A DNA stretch of 13,993 nucleotides from an uncultured Thermococci archaeon (GCA_964615185.1 CAZTOS010000033.1:9643-23635), one strand, 5' to 3'. Shown: positions 1 to 8,479, counted from the first letter of the stretch. A program made the numbers and translations. The notes: generated from the letters alone by a model not told the origin.

Positions 1-1335
1 GACTCTGGTTCCTCCCACCTAATCTACGTGTACAACACAACGAAGTTCAAGACCTACGAGTTTGTCCACGACTTCAACTTCCCTGATGTTGAAACCGAGA
101 ACCCCACTCAGGTGGAGAAGGCTGTGTTTATCCCTTACAACATAACCAGCATGAATGTAAGGGTCCACATAAATGTTTCTACAACCACTAATGTTACCCT
201 CAGAATCCGGGTGCTTGATAGGATAATAAACGTGAGCAGAAAAACGGTATCTGGGAATGTAACCCTTCAGTGGAGCGATTCGGAGATTAAAGCAGCTTTA
301 AACTCCGCTGGATTAACTTATGAAAATCTAACCAATCAGTACTTCTATCTTATTCTGAGCATCGGTCTGAAAGATTATGAGGAAGTGGTATCTCCTTATG
401 AGTATGGGGTATTGTACAATAATGAGTCGTCAACGTTGTTCCTTGCCGAGAAGTTCCCCCACATTGGGGGAGGATTCCATCTGATAGGGAATGATTCCAC
501 AGTTCATATTGACTACGAGACACCATCATATACTATTCACACGATAAGCCTAACTAGAAGTCCCCAAGTAGAATCCGCTACCTGCCCCAATGGGGATGAG
601 TGGTGTACTGATATTACATGGAGCTGGAACCTTCCGAACGTTACTCCAGTTTATACAAAGTTTCAATTTCCCTACTTCTGGAATAAGCTTAAAAGCACCG
701 ACCCTTCCCAGCAGGTTAGTATATACAATGATGAACTTGGCGAAGAAACATTATACTGTCATGGGAGTGTATGTACTCCAAATAGAGGACTTTTAAAAGT
801 CTTCAATCACTGGGGTTATGGCATATGGAGCAGGGCAAACGATAACTCAATAATACAACCTACCATGGCACCAGGAGAGAACAAATTTATTCTGCACTTT
901 GGACAGGGCTTCTACATATCAAAAGATAATTCTATGGGTGAAACCTTAATTCTGCTTGATAGCTACGTACCCTATGGAAACACTTTCCCCTATCTGCTTC
1001 AAGGATATCCAGAATACACTGGCTACAATCTCACTTATTATTATGAGGATATAAATGGGAATATTAAAAGTGATAGCTTGCTGATTGATATTCCTTACGA
1101 GACAAATATAAAATACAGGAACATTACAATTAATGAGCTTTATCCAGAAAAGTATGCCCTTGATGATGCGATAGTTAGGTTGTTTAAAAAGCTTGGTGGT
1201 CGGGATAAAAATGGATGCTCTCTGGTAATTCCAATTAAGCTTGAATCGACCATTTCGGATGTGATACCCATCCAAAATGTGCCCTCACTTTACAAACCTA
1301 TAACAATAACACTCAGAGTGTGGAGGGAAGGATAA
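1..1335 (+). CDS. 5'-truncated extracellular/surface hypothetical protein, probably part of a type IV pilus-associated operon
   Basis: Frame is open from base 1 (GAC TCT GGT...), so the GTG at 28 is probably internal. Asn/Thr/Tyr-rich with about 12 N-x-S/T sequons and close Cys pairs (CPNGDEWC, CHGSVC). Ends ...ITLRVWREG; stop TAA 1333-1335 overlaps the next ATG. Confidence 0.75.
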   Translation, partial: DSGSSHLIYVYNTTKFKTYEFVHDFNFPDVETENPTQVEKAVFIPYNITSMNVRVHINVSTTTNVTLRIRVLDRIINVSRKTVSGNVTLQWSDSEIKAALNSAGLTYENLTNQYFYLILSIGLKDYEEVVSPYEYGVLYNNESSTLFLAEKFPHIGGGFHLIGNDSTVHIDYETPSYTIHTISLTRSPQVESATCPNGDEWCTDITWSWNLPNVTPVYTKFQFPYFWNKLKSTDPSQQVSIYNDELGEETLYCHGSVCTPNRGLLKVFNHWGYGIWSRANDNSIIQPTMAPGENKFILHFGQGFYISKDNSMGETLILLDSYVPYGNTFPYLLQGYPEYTGYNLTYYYEDINGNIKSDSLLIDIPYETNIKYRNITINELYPEKYALDDAIVRLFKKLGGRDKNGCSLVIPIKLESTISDVIPIQNVPSLYKPITITLRVWREG

Positions 1336-3467
1336 TGATGAGAAGAGGATTTTTGCTTAATTCATTCGTTCTGCTACTTCTCATCCCGATGCTCCTTCTC
1401 TTGGCTACCTATGAAGATATTTCCTCTCAAATAATTCAAGCACAAAGCGAGAGGGTTCAAGCTGAGAGAACATATAGAGTGATTTCATACCTCGAGATGG
1501 ATTTTCAAAAGGCTTTGGAAATTTCAACAAAAAGGGCTTTGATTGCCACAACAGAATACGTTGCAACCACGGATTTTATTAGAGGAGAAATGGCAAATGA
1601 AACTATAGCAAACTTGATTCTTGACGGGTATTCCAGAGTGGGTATATCAAATGAACAGAACCTTAAGGCATGGCTTGAAAACATTACTTCAAGCCTAAGG
1701 GAGCAGGGATACTATGTTTCCCCCTCCATAAATGAAATCTTAAACAACATTTCAATTACAGTTGCACCTTTAGACTCGTTTCGTATAGCTGTAACTGCCA
1801 GAATTCCAAGAATAAGGATAACAGACAGCTCTGGCATTGTGATCTATGAAGGGGCTCTACCCCAAAATAGAAATGCAACAACAATAATAAGCCTTGAAGG
1901 CATCGAGGATGCGTTCATTGCGAGAGAAACGGATGATTTTTACCACAGGATAATTAGAGCATGTAAATATTCATATCCCGAGCTCGTTAAGAAACCCATT
2001 AAAGTTTTAAATGGGACGGGAGAGAGCGATATTCCAATTGTGACGGGAGTTTATGGAGAGGATATTAGTTACAATGCAACACACATCTGGAAAGATAGTT
2101 CATACATAATGAATACGACAATTGGTGGGATTGAGGTGTCTCCCATAGATATTCTTGAGAATGGCGATGTTGGTGTTTTAGTGTTTGATCTTCAGCAAGT
2201 TGGTCAGACTTCCTGGTGCTCACAGCTTCCTTACAGACTTAACATTACAATAAATAGCCCTCAGCCTCTTACTGAATACCAGCTTAAAATAAATCTTACC
2301 TCCGTCTTTTCCTCACTTCCAAATCCCCCCCAAATGGAGATATACTATCAAGACTGTACTGGACCATTAAAATATTGGATTGAAGAGTGGAGTCCAAATT
2401 CAACGATTCTCTGGATTAGGGTTAATTTAACGGCTGGAGGTAATATTGTATCACTGTATTATGATCCCTCTGTGGTAGGGAATAAGGGTAATCCGAATGA
2501 TGTGTTTGATCTGTATGAGGACTTTGAGGATGGAAATTTGAATGGTTGGAGCTTCTCTGGAAATGGAGGATGGATTATTACAACAAATTCATATGAGGGT
2601 AGATATGCTGTTACAAATGAAAATATTAACCCCAATGAGGAAGCCTGTATATACAAAAACCTAAACTTACCTGGAGAGAGTCAAATATCATTCTGGTGGC
2701 GATTGGAATCAGATGGTGAGGGTATTTTCACAAAAGATCAACTTGAATTCTTACTTGATGGAATACGAGAAAAGGTAATAGAAGGAACAGACTACGCTAA
2801 CTGGAGCAGGGAAACCGTAATAATTCCCAGCGGCCAACATAGAATAGAGTGGTGTTATCACGAAGCAGGTTATTGGTTCTTTGGATGGCATAACGATAAA
2901 GGTAATGGATACCTCGATTATATAATCGTTAGACGGTATTCCTCAACTAATCCAACGTATTCATTCAGTACCCTTGAGGAAAAACCCTCTTCTCTGGTCT
3001 TCAGCCCTGCCAGAGCCTACGACATCCAGCCATTTGTGAGCTGCCTTGAAAATGGCTACTACTTTGGCATTTACAATGCCCCTTCGTTTTTCGAGCGATT
3101 GGAGGGCAGCATGAGCAATCATGAGGCTTATGAAAAGCTTGCGAATGAAACACAGGACATGCTTGGCATCTCTTACAACGGTAAACATCATCCAATTGGT
3201 CTCGTCAGCTTTGTTCTTCCAACAAAGGACACGAGACTTTCAATGCTGATAAATGGAACAGGTATTGAATTGGATAAGCAGACATGTTTCGATTATTACT
3301 TCTTCAAATACTACTTTGAAAACGATAATACCGCCAAAAAAGAGGGCTTTAAAGTGTATGGAATATCCGCTGGCGACGTAATAATTGATGAGAACTTCTT
3401 CCTTGATAACCAAACAGCTGTAGCAATTTTTGGAACCCAAGGAGCTCGAGATTTATTGCAAAGGTGA
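1335..3467 (+). CDS. DUF2341-like domain protein with class III (pilin-like) signal peptide; putative minor pilin/adhesin
   Basis: ATG at 1335 (TAATG overlap; alternative ATG at 1338). N-terminus MMRRG|FLLNSFVLLLLIPMLLLLA has basic residues + Gly followed by a hydrophobic helix. Central 'YRLNITIN..LTEYQLKINL..LKYWIEEW..TILWIRVNL..IVSLYY..VFDLYEDFE' resembles DUF2341. Many N-glycosylation sequons. Confidence 0.75.
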   Translation: MMRRGFLLNSFVLLLLIPMLLLLATYEDISSQIIQAQSERVQAERTYRVISYLEMDFQKALEISTKRALIATTEYVATTDFIRGEMANETIANLILDGYSRVGISNEQNLKAWLENITSSLREQGYYVSPSINEILNNISITVAPLDSFRIAVTARIPRIRITDSSGIVIYEGALPQNRNATTIISLEGIEDAFIARETDDFYHRIIRACKYSYPELVKKPIKVLNGTGESDIPIVTGVYGEDISYNATHIWKDSSYIMNTTIGGIEVSPIDILENGDVGVLVFDLQQVGQTSWCSQLPYRLNITINSPQPLTEYQLKINLTSVFSSLPNPPQMEIYYQDCTGPLKYWIEEWSPNSTILWIRVNLTAGGNIVSLYYDPSVVGNKGNPNDVFDLYEDFEDGNLNGWSFSGNGGWIITTNSYEGRYAVTNENINPNEEACIYKNLNLPGESQISFWWRLESDGEGIFTKDQLEFLLDGIREKVIEGTDYANWSRETVIIPSGQHRIEWCYHEAGYWFFGWHNDKGNGYLDYIIVRRYSSTNPTYSFSTLEEKPSSLVFSPARAYDIQPFVSCLENGYYFGIYNAPSFFERLEGSMSNHEAYEKLANETQDMLGISYNGKHHPIGLVSFVLPTKDTRLSMLINGTGIELDKQTCFDYYFFKYYFENDNTAKKEGFKVYGISAGDVIIDENFFLDNQTAVAIFGTQGARDLLQR

Positions 3468-3473
3468 TATAAA

Positions 3474-4244
3474 ATGAACATTGAAGATTTGTTTTATCGG
3501 GTAGGTGAGCTTGTAGAGACAATAGGAAAAAAGATCAAAGCTATCATAAACCCAATGCCTCAGGAAAATCCTCCATCTTTTAAATTTCTTGATAGATTAT
3601 TAATCAAGAAAAAAGTTACAGTTCATGAGCTGCTTGTTTTAAAGGTTCAGCTTGCATTTGTCTCATATCTTGTTTTATCTCTGCTTATTACGGTATTTTT
3701 GCCAAAGAAGCTGTATCTTATGGCATTAACAATTGTATACTTCATGTATTTGAGATCGATATTCAGAAAATATGGAGAATTTTTTATTGAGCTTGAGCCT
3801 TACCAGATGTTCTATTATTCTGTTAGTGCAATAGGCTTTTTGGCATTTTTAGGATACATGGTGCTGAAAGAAGTTGCCCTGGACATTAAATATTCTTTGA
3901 CATACCTTGGAGTGATATTTGTAGCAGTCGTGATATTCCGCTTCTATTTCAAATCAAGATATGGCAGAGATTGGACTTATGGCATTGTGGAGGAGATTAA
4001 AGAAAATGCGGTTAAAATCAGTGTCCATGAGGATATAAGAGCGAACGTTAAGCCTGGAGAGTACTGGGTTGATAAGGTTCCCGACGTAGAAATCGGAAGA
4101 GTTGTGAAAGTTTTAGTTGAGGAAAGGGCATTTAGAGGGGCGGTACCAATAAAGATAATTGAGGTTTATCTAAGTGACCAACCTTCATCATCAAAGGCTT
4201 CAACAGAGGCAAAAGAGGAAAGCGAGACTAACAGTAGCTTATAA
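3474..4244 (+). CDS. DUF2101-like predicted membrane protein
   Basis: 256 aa, about 4 hydrophobic helices, C-terminal 'GRDWTYGIVEEI...VHEDIRANVKPGEYWV' recalled as typical of DUF2101 proteins; starts 6 nt after the preceding stop. Confidence 0.7.
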   Translation: MNIEDLFYRVGELVETIGKKIKAIINPMPQENPPSFKFLDRLLIKKKVTVHELLVLKVQLAFVSYLVLSLLITVFLPKKLYLMALTIVYFMYLRSIFRKYGEFFIELEPYQMFYYSVSAIGFLAFLGYMVLKEVALDIKYSLTYLGVIFVAVVIFRFYFKSRYGRDWTYGIVEEIKENAVKISVHEDIRANVKPGEYWVDKVPDVEIGRVVKVLVEERAFRGAVPIKIIEVYLSDQPSSSKASTEAKEESETNSSL

Positions 4245-4459
4245 ATCCCAGTCCAAGGCTGCCGTTTATAAGTTTTTACAGAAAGCCATTCGTTTTCTTC
4301 AATTCTCATTGGTTCCACGGAGTTAGTTGGTGGTCTTATTGATATTTCCGTGTCCTTTTCATACACAGTGAAACCAAGCTCTTCTAAAATTGGTTTTATC
4401 ACTTTTGCAGCTCTTTTTCTGTCTCTAAATTTTATTTTGTAGTAGATAGTGTAACCCAT
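4166..4459 (-). CDS. small hypothetical protein (97 aa)
   Basis: ATG preceded by GAGG and a BRE/TATA-like AAAACC-TTTTAAAG. Protein-like composition (MGYTIYYKI...VKTYKRQPW). 3' end overlaps the DUF2101-like gene by 79 bp. Confidence 0.75.
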   Translation of the reverse strand: MGYTIYYKIKFRDRKRAAKVIKPILEELGFTVYEKDTEISIRPPTNSVEPMRIEENEWLSVKTYKRQPWTGIYKLLLVSLSSFASVEAFDDEGWSLR

Positions 4460-4502
4460 CTCAAACCCTCGTTAATACTTTTAAAAAGAGTAAGAATGGA
4501 AA

Positions 4503-4516
4503 CTTTAAAAGGTTTT
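4503..4516 (-). promoter_or_regulatory. putative BRE/TATA box of the 97-aa gene
   Basis: Minus strand reads AAAACC TTTTAAAG, about 45 nt upstream of ATG 4459. Confidence 0.45.
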
Positions 4517-4532
4517 CTATTTTACTATTGTA

Positions 4533-4548
4533 AATTAAAAAGAGAAAA
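4533..4548 (-). terminator. putative oligo-T archaeal terminator after guaAA
   Basis: Minus strand reads TTTTCTCTTTTTAATT immediately after the guaAA stop. Confidence 0.45.
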
Positions 4549-5115
4549 TTAAAGTTCACCACAAAGCTCAGCAAAGTTTCTATATATTTCACTCCCTTTT
4601 TCTGTGTGTGCAACTTCGGGATGAAACTGAACTCCGTAGATAGGTAATTTTTTGTGCTTCATTGCCTCAACTTCACAGAACTCACTCCTTGCTAAAAGCT
4701 CAAAATCCTTTGGCAGTTCCTTTACCTCATCCATATGACTTTCCCAGACCTTTAAATGTCTTGGTAAACCTTTAAAGATGTCATTTTCCTTTAAGATCTC
4801 AACCTCAACTAAGCTGTATTCTGCTTTCTCCCCTCTTCTGACTTTTCCTCCAAAATACTTTGCTATTAACTGATGACCGAGGCAAATTCCTAAGATGGGA
4901 ACATTGAAGTCTTCATAATTTTCGAGTATAGCTTCACAATTACCTGTTCTTTCCAAGCTTGGTCCTCCTGAAAAAATTATTCCCTTTGGATTCATTGCCT
5001 TGATTTCTTCAAGAGGGGTAGTATTTGGTATTATCTTTGCCTCAACGCCTAGATACCGTAAAGTTCTCCAAATTCTATGAATGTATTGCCCGTGGTTGTC
5101 CATTATGATTATCAT
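4549..5115 (-). CDS. guaAA: GMP synthase subunit A (glutamine amidotransferase)
   Basis: [19 protein letters not shown], catalytic [27 protein letters not shown] (class I GATase Cys-His-Glu). ATG at 5115 with GAGGCGG ribosome-binding site. Confidence 0.97.
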   Translation of the reverse strand: MIIIMDNHGQYIHRIWRTLRYLGVEAKIIPNTTPLEEIKAMNPKGIIFSGGPSLERTGNCEAILENYEDFNVPILGICLGHQLIAKYFGGKVRRGEKAEYSLVEVEILKENDIFKGLPRHLKVWESHMDEVKELPKDFELLARSEFCEVEAMKHKKLPIYGVQFHPEVAHTEKGSEIYRNFAELCGEL

Positions 5116-5137
5116 TTTGACCGCCTCAACCTTCAAC

Positions 5138-5797
5138 TTAAATCAACTCCTTAATTGAAAATTCCACAGTATCTGATTCTGAAACAAAGCCTTTTTTTAT
5201 TATCGTTAACGAGTTATTCCAAGGGAGTTCAACAGATAACTCTTCACGTTTGATAAGCTTTTCGAAGAGTTTGGATTCGTTATCAGCAACATTTTTGATA
5301 TTCTTTGCAGTTCGTGACAACACAATAGTGTCCATGTCGATTGTATCTAATTTAATCCCCACTACTCCATACCATCTAACCACAGTGTTATCAAGTACAT
5401 CTACTTCTATAAATCTTAAAATCATAACTACAAAAAGAGCGGTATTTATAATTTGTTTTATTGCTTTTTTATATTTTTTGATAGAACTTTTCATTTCGGG
5501 TAAAATTATATAAAGCTGATGATTACCATTATTTTCGAACAGGAGCAAAATTGCTGTCTCACAGTTATCCTTGTTCTTAAAAAAATATACTGTGTCTTTG
5601 GAGACATGGAATGGCACTATATTTTCACTAGAGACGGGGATATCTTTTATAATAAGCTTTTTCAACTTAGCGTTATTTGAGCGTTCAAATAATACTATAC
5701 TATCTCCCCTAATCTCAACTCTATGGGAGTATAGTAGGCTTGGGTCAAAAAACTTCCTTAGTTGTGTTACTATCTCTTTTGTAGATTTTAATCCCAT
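5138..5797 (-). CDS. hypothetical protein, putative divergent PD-(D/E)xK nuclease-like partner of the AAA ATPase
   Basis: 219 aa, Shine-Dalgarno GGTGAT before ATG, 18 nt downstream of the ATPase stop. 'NCETAILL...[11 protein letters not shown]...KAIKQI' resembles the (D/E)...ExK...Q pattern. Very AT-rich. Confidence 0.65.
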   Translation of the reverse strand: MGLKSTKEIVTQLRKFFDPSLLYSHRVEIRGDSIVLFERSNNAKLKKLIIKDIPVSSENIVPFHVSKDTVYFFKNKDNCETAILLLFENNGNHQLYIILPEMKSSIKKYKKAIKQIINTALFVVMILRFIEVDVLDNTVVRWYGVVGIKLDTIDMDTIVLSRTAKNIKNVADNESKLFEKLIKREELSVELPWNNSLTIIKKGFVSESDTVEFSIKELI

Positions 5798-5815
5798 TGG
5801 CTCATCACCGTTAGT

Positions 5816-7399
5816 TTAGTCAGCTCTTTCATTGTTAGCAGATTCTAGGAGATTTACTAGCTCATAGGTTTCATTAAAAAGTTCCCGTATGGTATGATAA
5901 AAGGCTTCAGATGAAATTCCTTCATTTTCAATAATTTCAAGTTCACGTATCTTTGTGTATCCTTCGCTATCATCAAATAAATATGGGGCAACTTTTGATG
6001 GGTCTAGGATTTCGTCTTCTCCCCAATCATGTTTTTCGAGAAATTCTTTTAGTTCTTTTTCTTTTCCGGCTCTTTTGAGATAATATAGCTTGATGCTGTT
6101 GTTTATCTGCTGAAGGATGTATGGACTGTGAGTTATCAATAGCACATAGACCCCTTTGTTTACAAGTTTAACTAAAGCTCTTGCGAGTATCCTTTGAGCG
6201 TCGGGATGAAGATGGGCTTCTGGTTCTTCAAGAATTAGTAGTGTCCCAGGCTTCACTTTATCAGTATATTTAAGAGTAATTAGCAAAGGAGTATTTTCTA
6301 TAACTGATGACGAAGAGTGTAAAAGCGATAGTAGGGTATTTTGATTATCTTGGGGAGCATATCGTAATCCTAGAACAGGATGGTAAATTAAATTTCCTCT
6401 GAGCAATCTATTTTCAATAAAGGATGCAATATCTTTAAATCTTCCATCTGAAGTTTCAGAGGGACTCTCTAGTAACATAGCAGAAGACCATTCTAAAAAA
6501 TTGTTTAGGGGTTTGGGTAGTTTCAGAATATCTTGTGGAGTTCTTTTGTGAGTGGTTATTAGATATTTATCAAGAGTTATTATTCCTCTTTGAGTGGGGC
6601 TACTTTCTCCTAATGTTTGTTTCAACCATGCTCCAAAAGCTGTGAGTATCATTTGTTCTATTCCTGCTTTAGATGCAGGCAAATAAAGGGTCGTGGGTAT
6701 ATGGTTTGTTAAGTAGTCATGGGTAATAATCTCAATAACCCATTGTGGAATACGGGATAAAAACTCTCTAGCTTTGATATGGTTCTGATCCAAAGTAAGT
6801 TCTTTTCCAATATGTATCTCCAACTGATATCCAGCATCTCTTTTCCATAAAATAGCAAAGGCCCCCTCTAAGAACACAAAAGTGCCTTTACTCTCCCAGT
6901 TGCTTTTTCTGAATTTTTCTTGTTTTATTGCGATATCTAAGAGTATTTCTTTACCTTTTAATTCCTTATCAATAGTTATCACTATCACCAATTTAGTGTT
7001 AACCCGGATATTTACTCCTCCTCTCTTTAGCCCAATATCTTTTGCTTGAAAGAGATTAGAAACCATGGACTTATTTATTCCAATACTTATCCTATTTAAG
7101 TTTATTGTATCACTAATTATCTCCTCGTTGTTTCCTTTTGTTGTTACCTTATTGTATATCTCTAATAGTTTTCTCGTTAGTGCATCTGATTTAAATGAGT
7201 AATATTTTCTAGTGGAAAAGGAATGTGTTATCCAGTCTGAGTTTGTAATACCCCAAATTAGATAGGCCATGTAGGTTTTTCCGGTGTTGTTTTTTCCAAA
7301 AAATATTGTAAATGGTTTCAGTACTACCTCTCCCTTTTGTATTGGACCGAACTCTGTTACCTTAATTTTCAGTAATTCATTTTTAGATGTTGTCTTCAT
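5816..7399 (-). CDS. ABC-superfamily AAA ATPase (AAA_15/AAA_21, AbiEii/OLD-like)
   Basis: N-terminal 'IKVTEFGPI', Walker A GKNNTGKT, 'YLPASKAG', signature-like SSSSVIE, Walker B/D-loop LLILEEPEAHLHP, H-loop LLITHSPY. No transmembrane segments. Confidence 0.9.
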   Translation of the reverse strand: MKTTSKNELLKIKVTEFGPIQKGEVVLKPFTIFFGKNNTGKTYMAYLIWGITNSDWITHSFSTRKYYSFKSDALTRKLLEIYNKVTTKGNNEEIISDTINLNRISIGINKSMVSNLFQAKDIGLKRGGVNIRVNTKLVIVITIDKELKGKEILLDIAIKQEKFRKSNWESKGTFVFLEGAFAILWKRDAGYQLEIHIGKELTLDQNHIKAREFLSRIPQWVIEIITHDYLTNHIPTTLYLPASKAGIEQMILTAFGAWLKQTLGESSPTQRGIITLDKYLITTHKRTPQDILKLPKPLNNFLEWSSAMLLESPSETSDGRFKDIASFIENRLLRGNLIYHPVLGLRYAPQDNQNTLLSLLHSSSSVIENTPLLITLKYTDKVKPGTLLILEEPEAHLHPDAQRILARALVKLVNKGVYVLLITHSPYILQQINNSIKLYYLKRAGKEKELKEFLEKHDWGEDEILDPSKVAPYLFDDSEGYTKIRELEIIENEGISSEAFYHTIRELFNETYELVNLLESANNERAD

Positions 7400-7472
7400 C
7401 CATGTTCCCCATCTTTTTTCTCTTTAAAGTTGATTTAAATTTTGTCCTCTTTATCTCCTTATTATCGGGTGT

Positions 7473-7500
7473 ACCAAACTATAAATTTTCATATTTTGGT
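7473..7500. repeat. imperfect inverted repeat just downstream of the guaAB stop and upstream of the ATPase
   Basis: ACCAAACTAT (7473-7482), 8-nt spacer, ATATTTTGGT (7491-7500); 9 of 10 arm positions are complementary. Confidence 0.55.
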
Positions 7501-7507
7501 GAAACTA

Positions 7508-8431
7508 TCACTCAAACTCAATTGTTGCAGGAGGTTTGTTTGTTATATCATAGAGAACTCTACCCACTTGGGGAATTTCGCTTGTAATCCTAAAGGCTAT
7601 CCTCTGTAGGACTTCCCAGGGAACGTTCATTGCATTTGCGGTCATTCCATCCAAGCTCTCAACGATTCTAACAGCTATTGTCTCTTTGTAAGCCCTTATA
7701 TCACCTTGAACTCCAACAGTCTTCACGTTTAAGAGCACGGCAAAAGCCTGCCAAGGCTTTAAGCCAGCCTTTTCAACTTCTTCCTCTACTATGGCATTTG
7801 CCTCTCTAACTATTGCAACTTTCTCAGGAGTTACTTCACCAAGAACCCTAACAGCTAATCCTGGCCCTGGAAAAGGCATTCTATTATAGATTTTCTCTGG
7901 CAATCCAAGTTTTTTGGCAACTTCTCTGACCTCGTCTTTGTACAAATCACGAAGAGGTTCTATGAGCTTTAAATTTAAGCGCTCTGGAAGACCGCCAACG
8001 TTGTGGTGGCTCTTTATCTTGCCTTTGCTCTCAATCCAGTCCGGAGCAATTGTTCCCTGAATCAAAAACTCCGCATCTATTTCTTTGGCAACCTCTTCGA
8101 ATACATCAATGAAAGTCTTTCCGATTATCTTTCTCTTCTGCTCCGGGTCAGTAACACCCTTCAAAGCAGTGAAAAAGCGCTCTTGAGCATCAACGTAGAT
8201 TAAGTTTAACCCAAACTCGTCCCTAAATGTTTTTATCACGAATTCTGGTTCTCCTTTCCTTAAAAATCCGGTGTTCACAAAAACGGCGTAAAGTTTATCT
8301 CCAATTGCTTTATGTGCTAAAACTGCAGCTGTTGAGCTATCAACTCCTCCAGATAAAGCTATTATCGCTTTTCCATTGCCAACAGTCTCTCTAATTTCCC
8401 TAATTTTCTCTTTAATGAAACTTTCCCACAT
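7508..8431 (-). CDS. guaAB: GMP synthase subunit B (ATP pyrophosphatase)
   Basis: PP-loop [40 protein letters not shown]-terminal [17 protein letters not shown] at 8431 after AGGTGA. Confidence 0.98.
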   Translation of the reverse strand: MWESFIKEKIREIRETVGNGKAIIALSGGVDSSTAAVLAHKAIGDKLYAVFVNTGFLRKGEPEFVIKTFRDEFGLNLIYVDAQERFFTALKGVTDPEQKRKIIGKTFIDVFEEVAKEIDAEFLIQGTIAPDWIESKGKIKSHHNVGGLPERLNLKLIEPLRDLYKDEVREVAKKLGLPEKIYNRMPFPGPGLAVRVLGEVTPEKVAIVREANAIVEEEVEKAGLKPWQAFAVLLNVKTVGVQGDIRAYKETIAVRIVESLDGMTANAMNVPWEVLQRIAFRITSEIPQVGRVLYDITNKPPATIEFE

Positions 8432-8461
8432 AACTATCACCTTTTCTTTTGCGTGGATTTT

Positions 8462-8479
8462 ATAAATTTATAAATTTAT
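8462..8479. promoter_or_regulatory. palindromic TATA-box region upstream of guaAB
   Basis: ATAAATTTATAAATTTAT is a perfect 18-bp palindrome containing TTTATAAA, 30-48 nt upstream of the guaAB ATG. Confidence 0.5.

Noticed and set aside
28..30. GTG at 28 as the start of the first gene (likewise extended starts at 1320, 5136, 8440, 12898, 13954)
   Set aside because: The first frame is open to the window edge; for the others a downstream ATG with a Shine-Dalgarno-like motif fits better.
590..3440. Short alternative-frame or antisense ORFs (590-796, 946-1275, 2459-2656, 2961-3191, 3001-3195, 3240-3440)
   Set aside because: Fully nested in long, coherent genes, with no recognisable motifs; shadow ORFs.
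5816..7399. ABC transporter ATPase or SMC/Rad50 call for the ATPase
   Set aside because: No permease nearby, no LSGG signature, and no long coiled coil or zinc hook; the motifs fit the AAA_15/AAA_21 type.
5116..7507. Insertion sequence or integrative element explanation for the cassette
   Set aside because: No transposase or integrase, terminal inverted repeats or clear direct repeats at the junctions by eye; the GTTGAAGGTTGAGG micro-repeat near 5123-5137 is too short and overlaps the guaAA ribosome-binding site.
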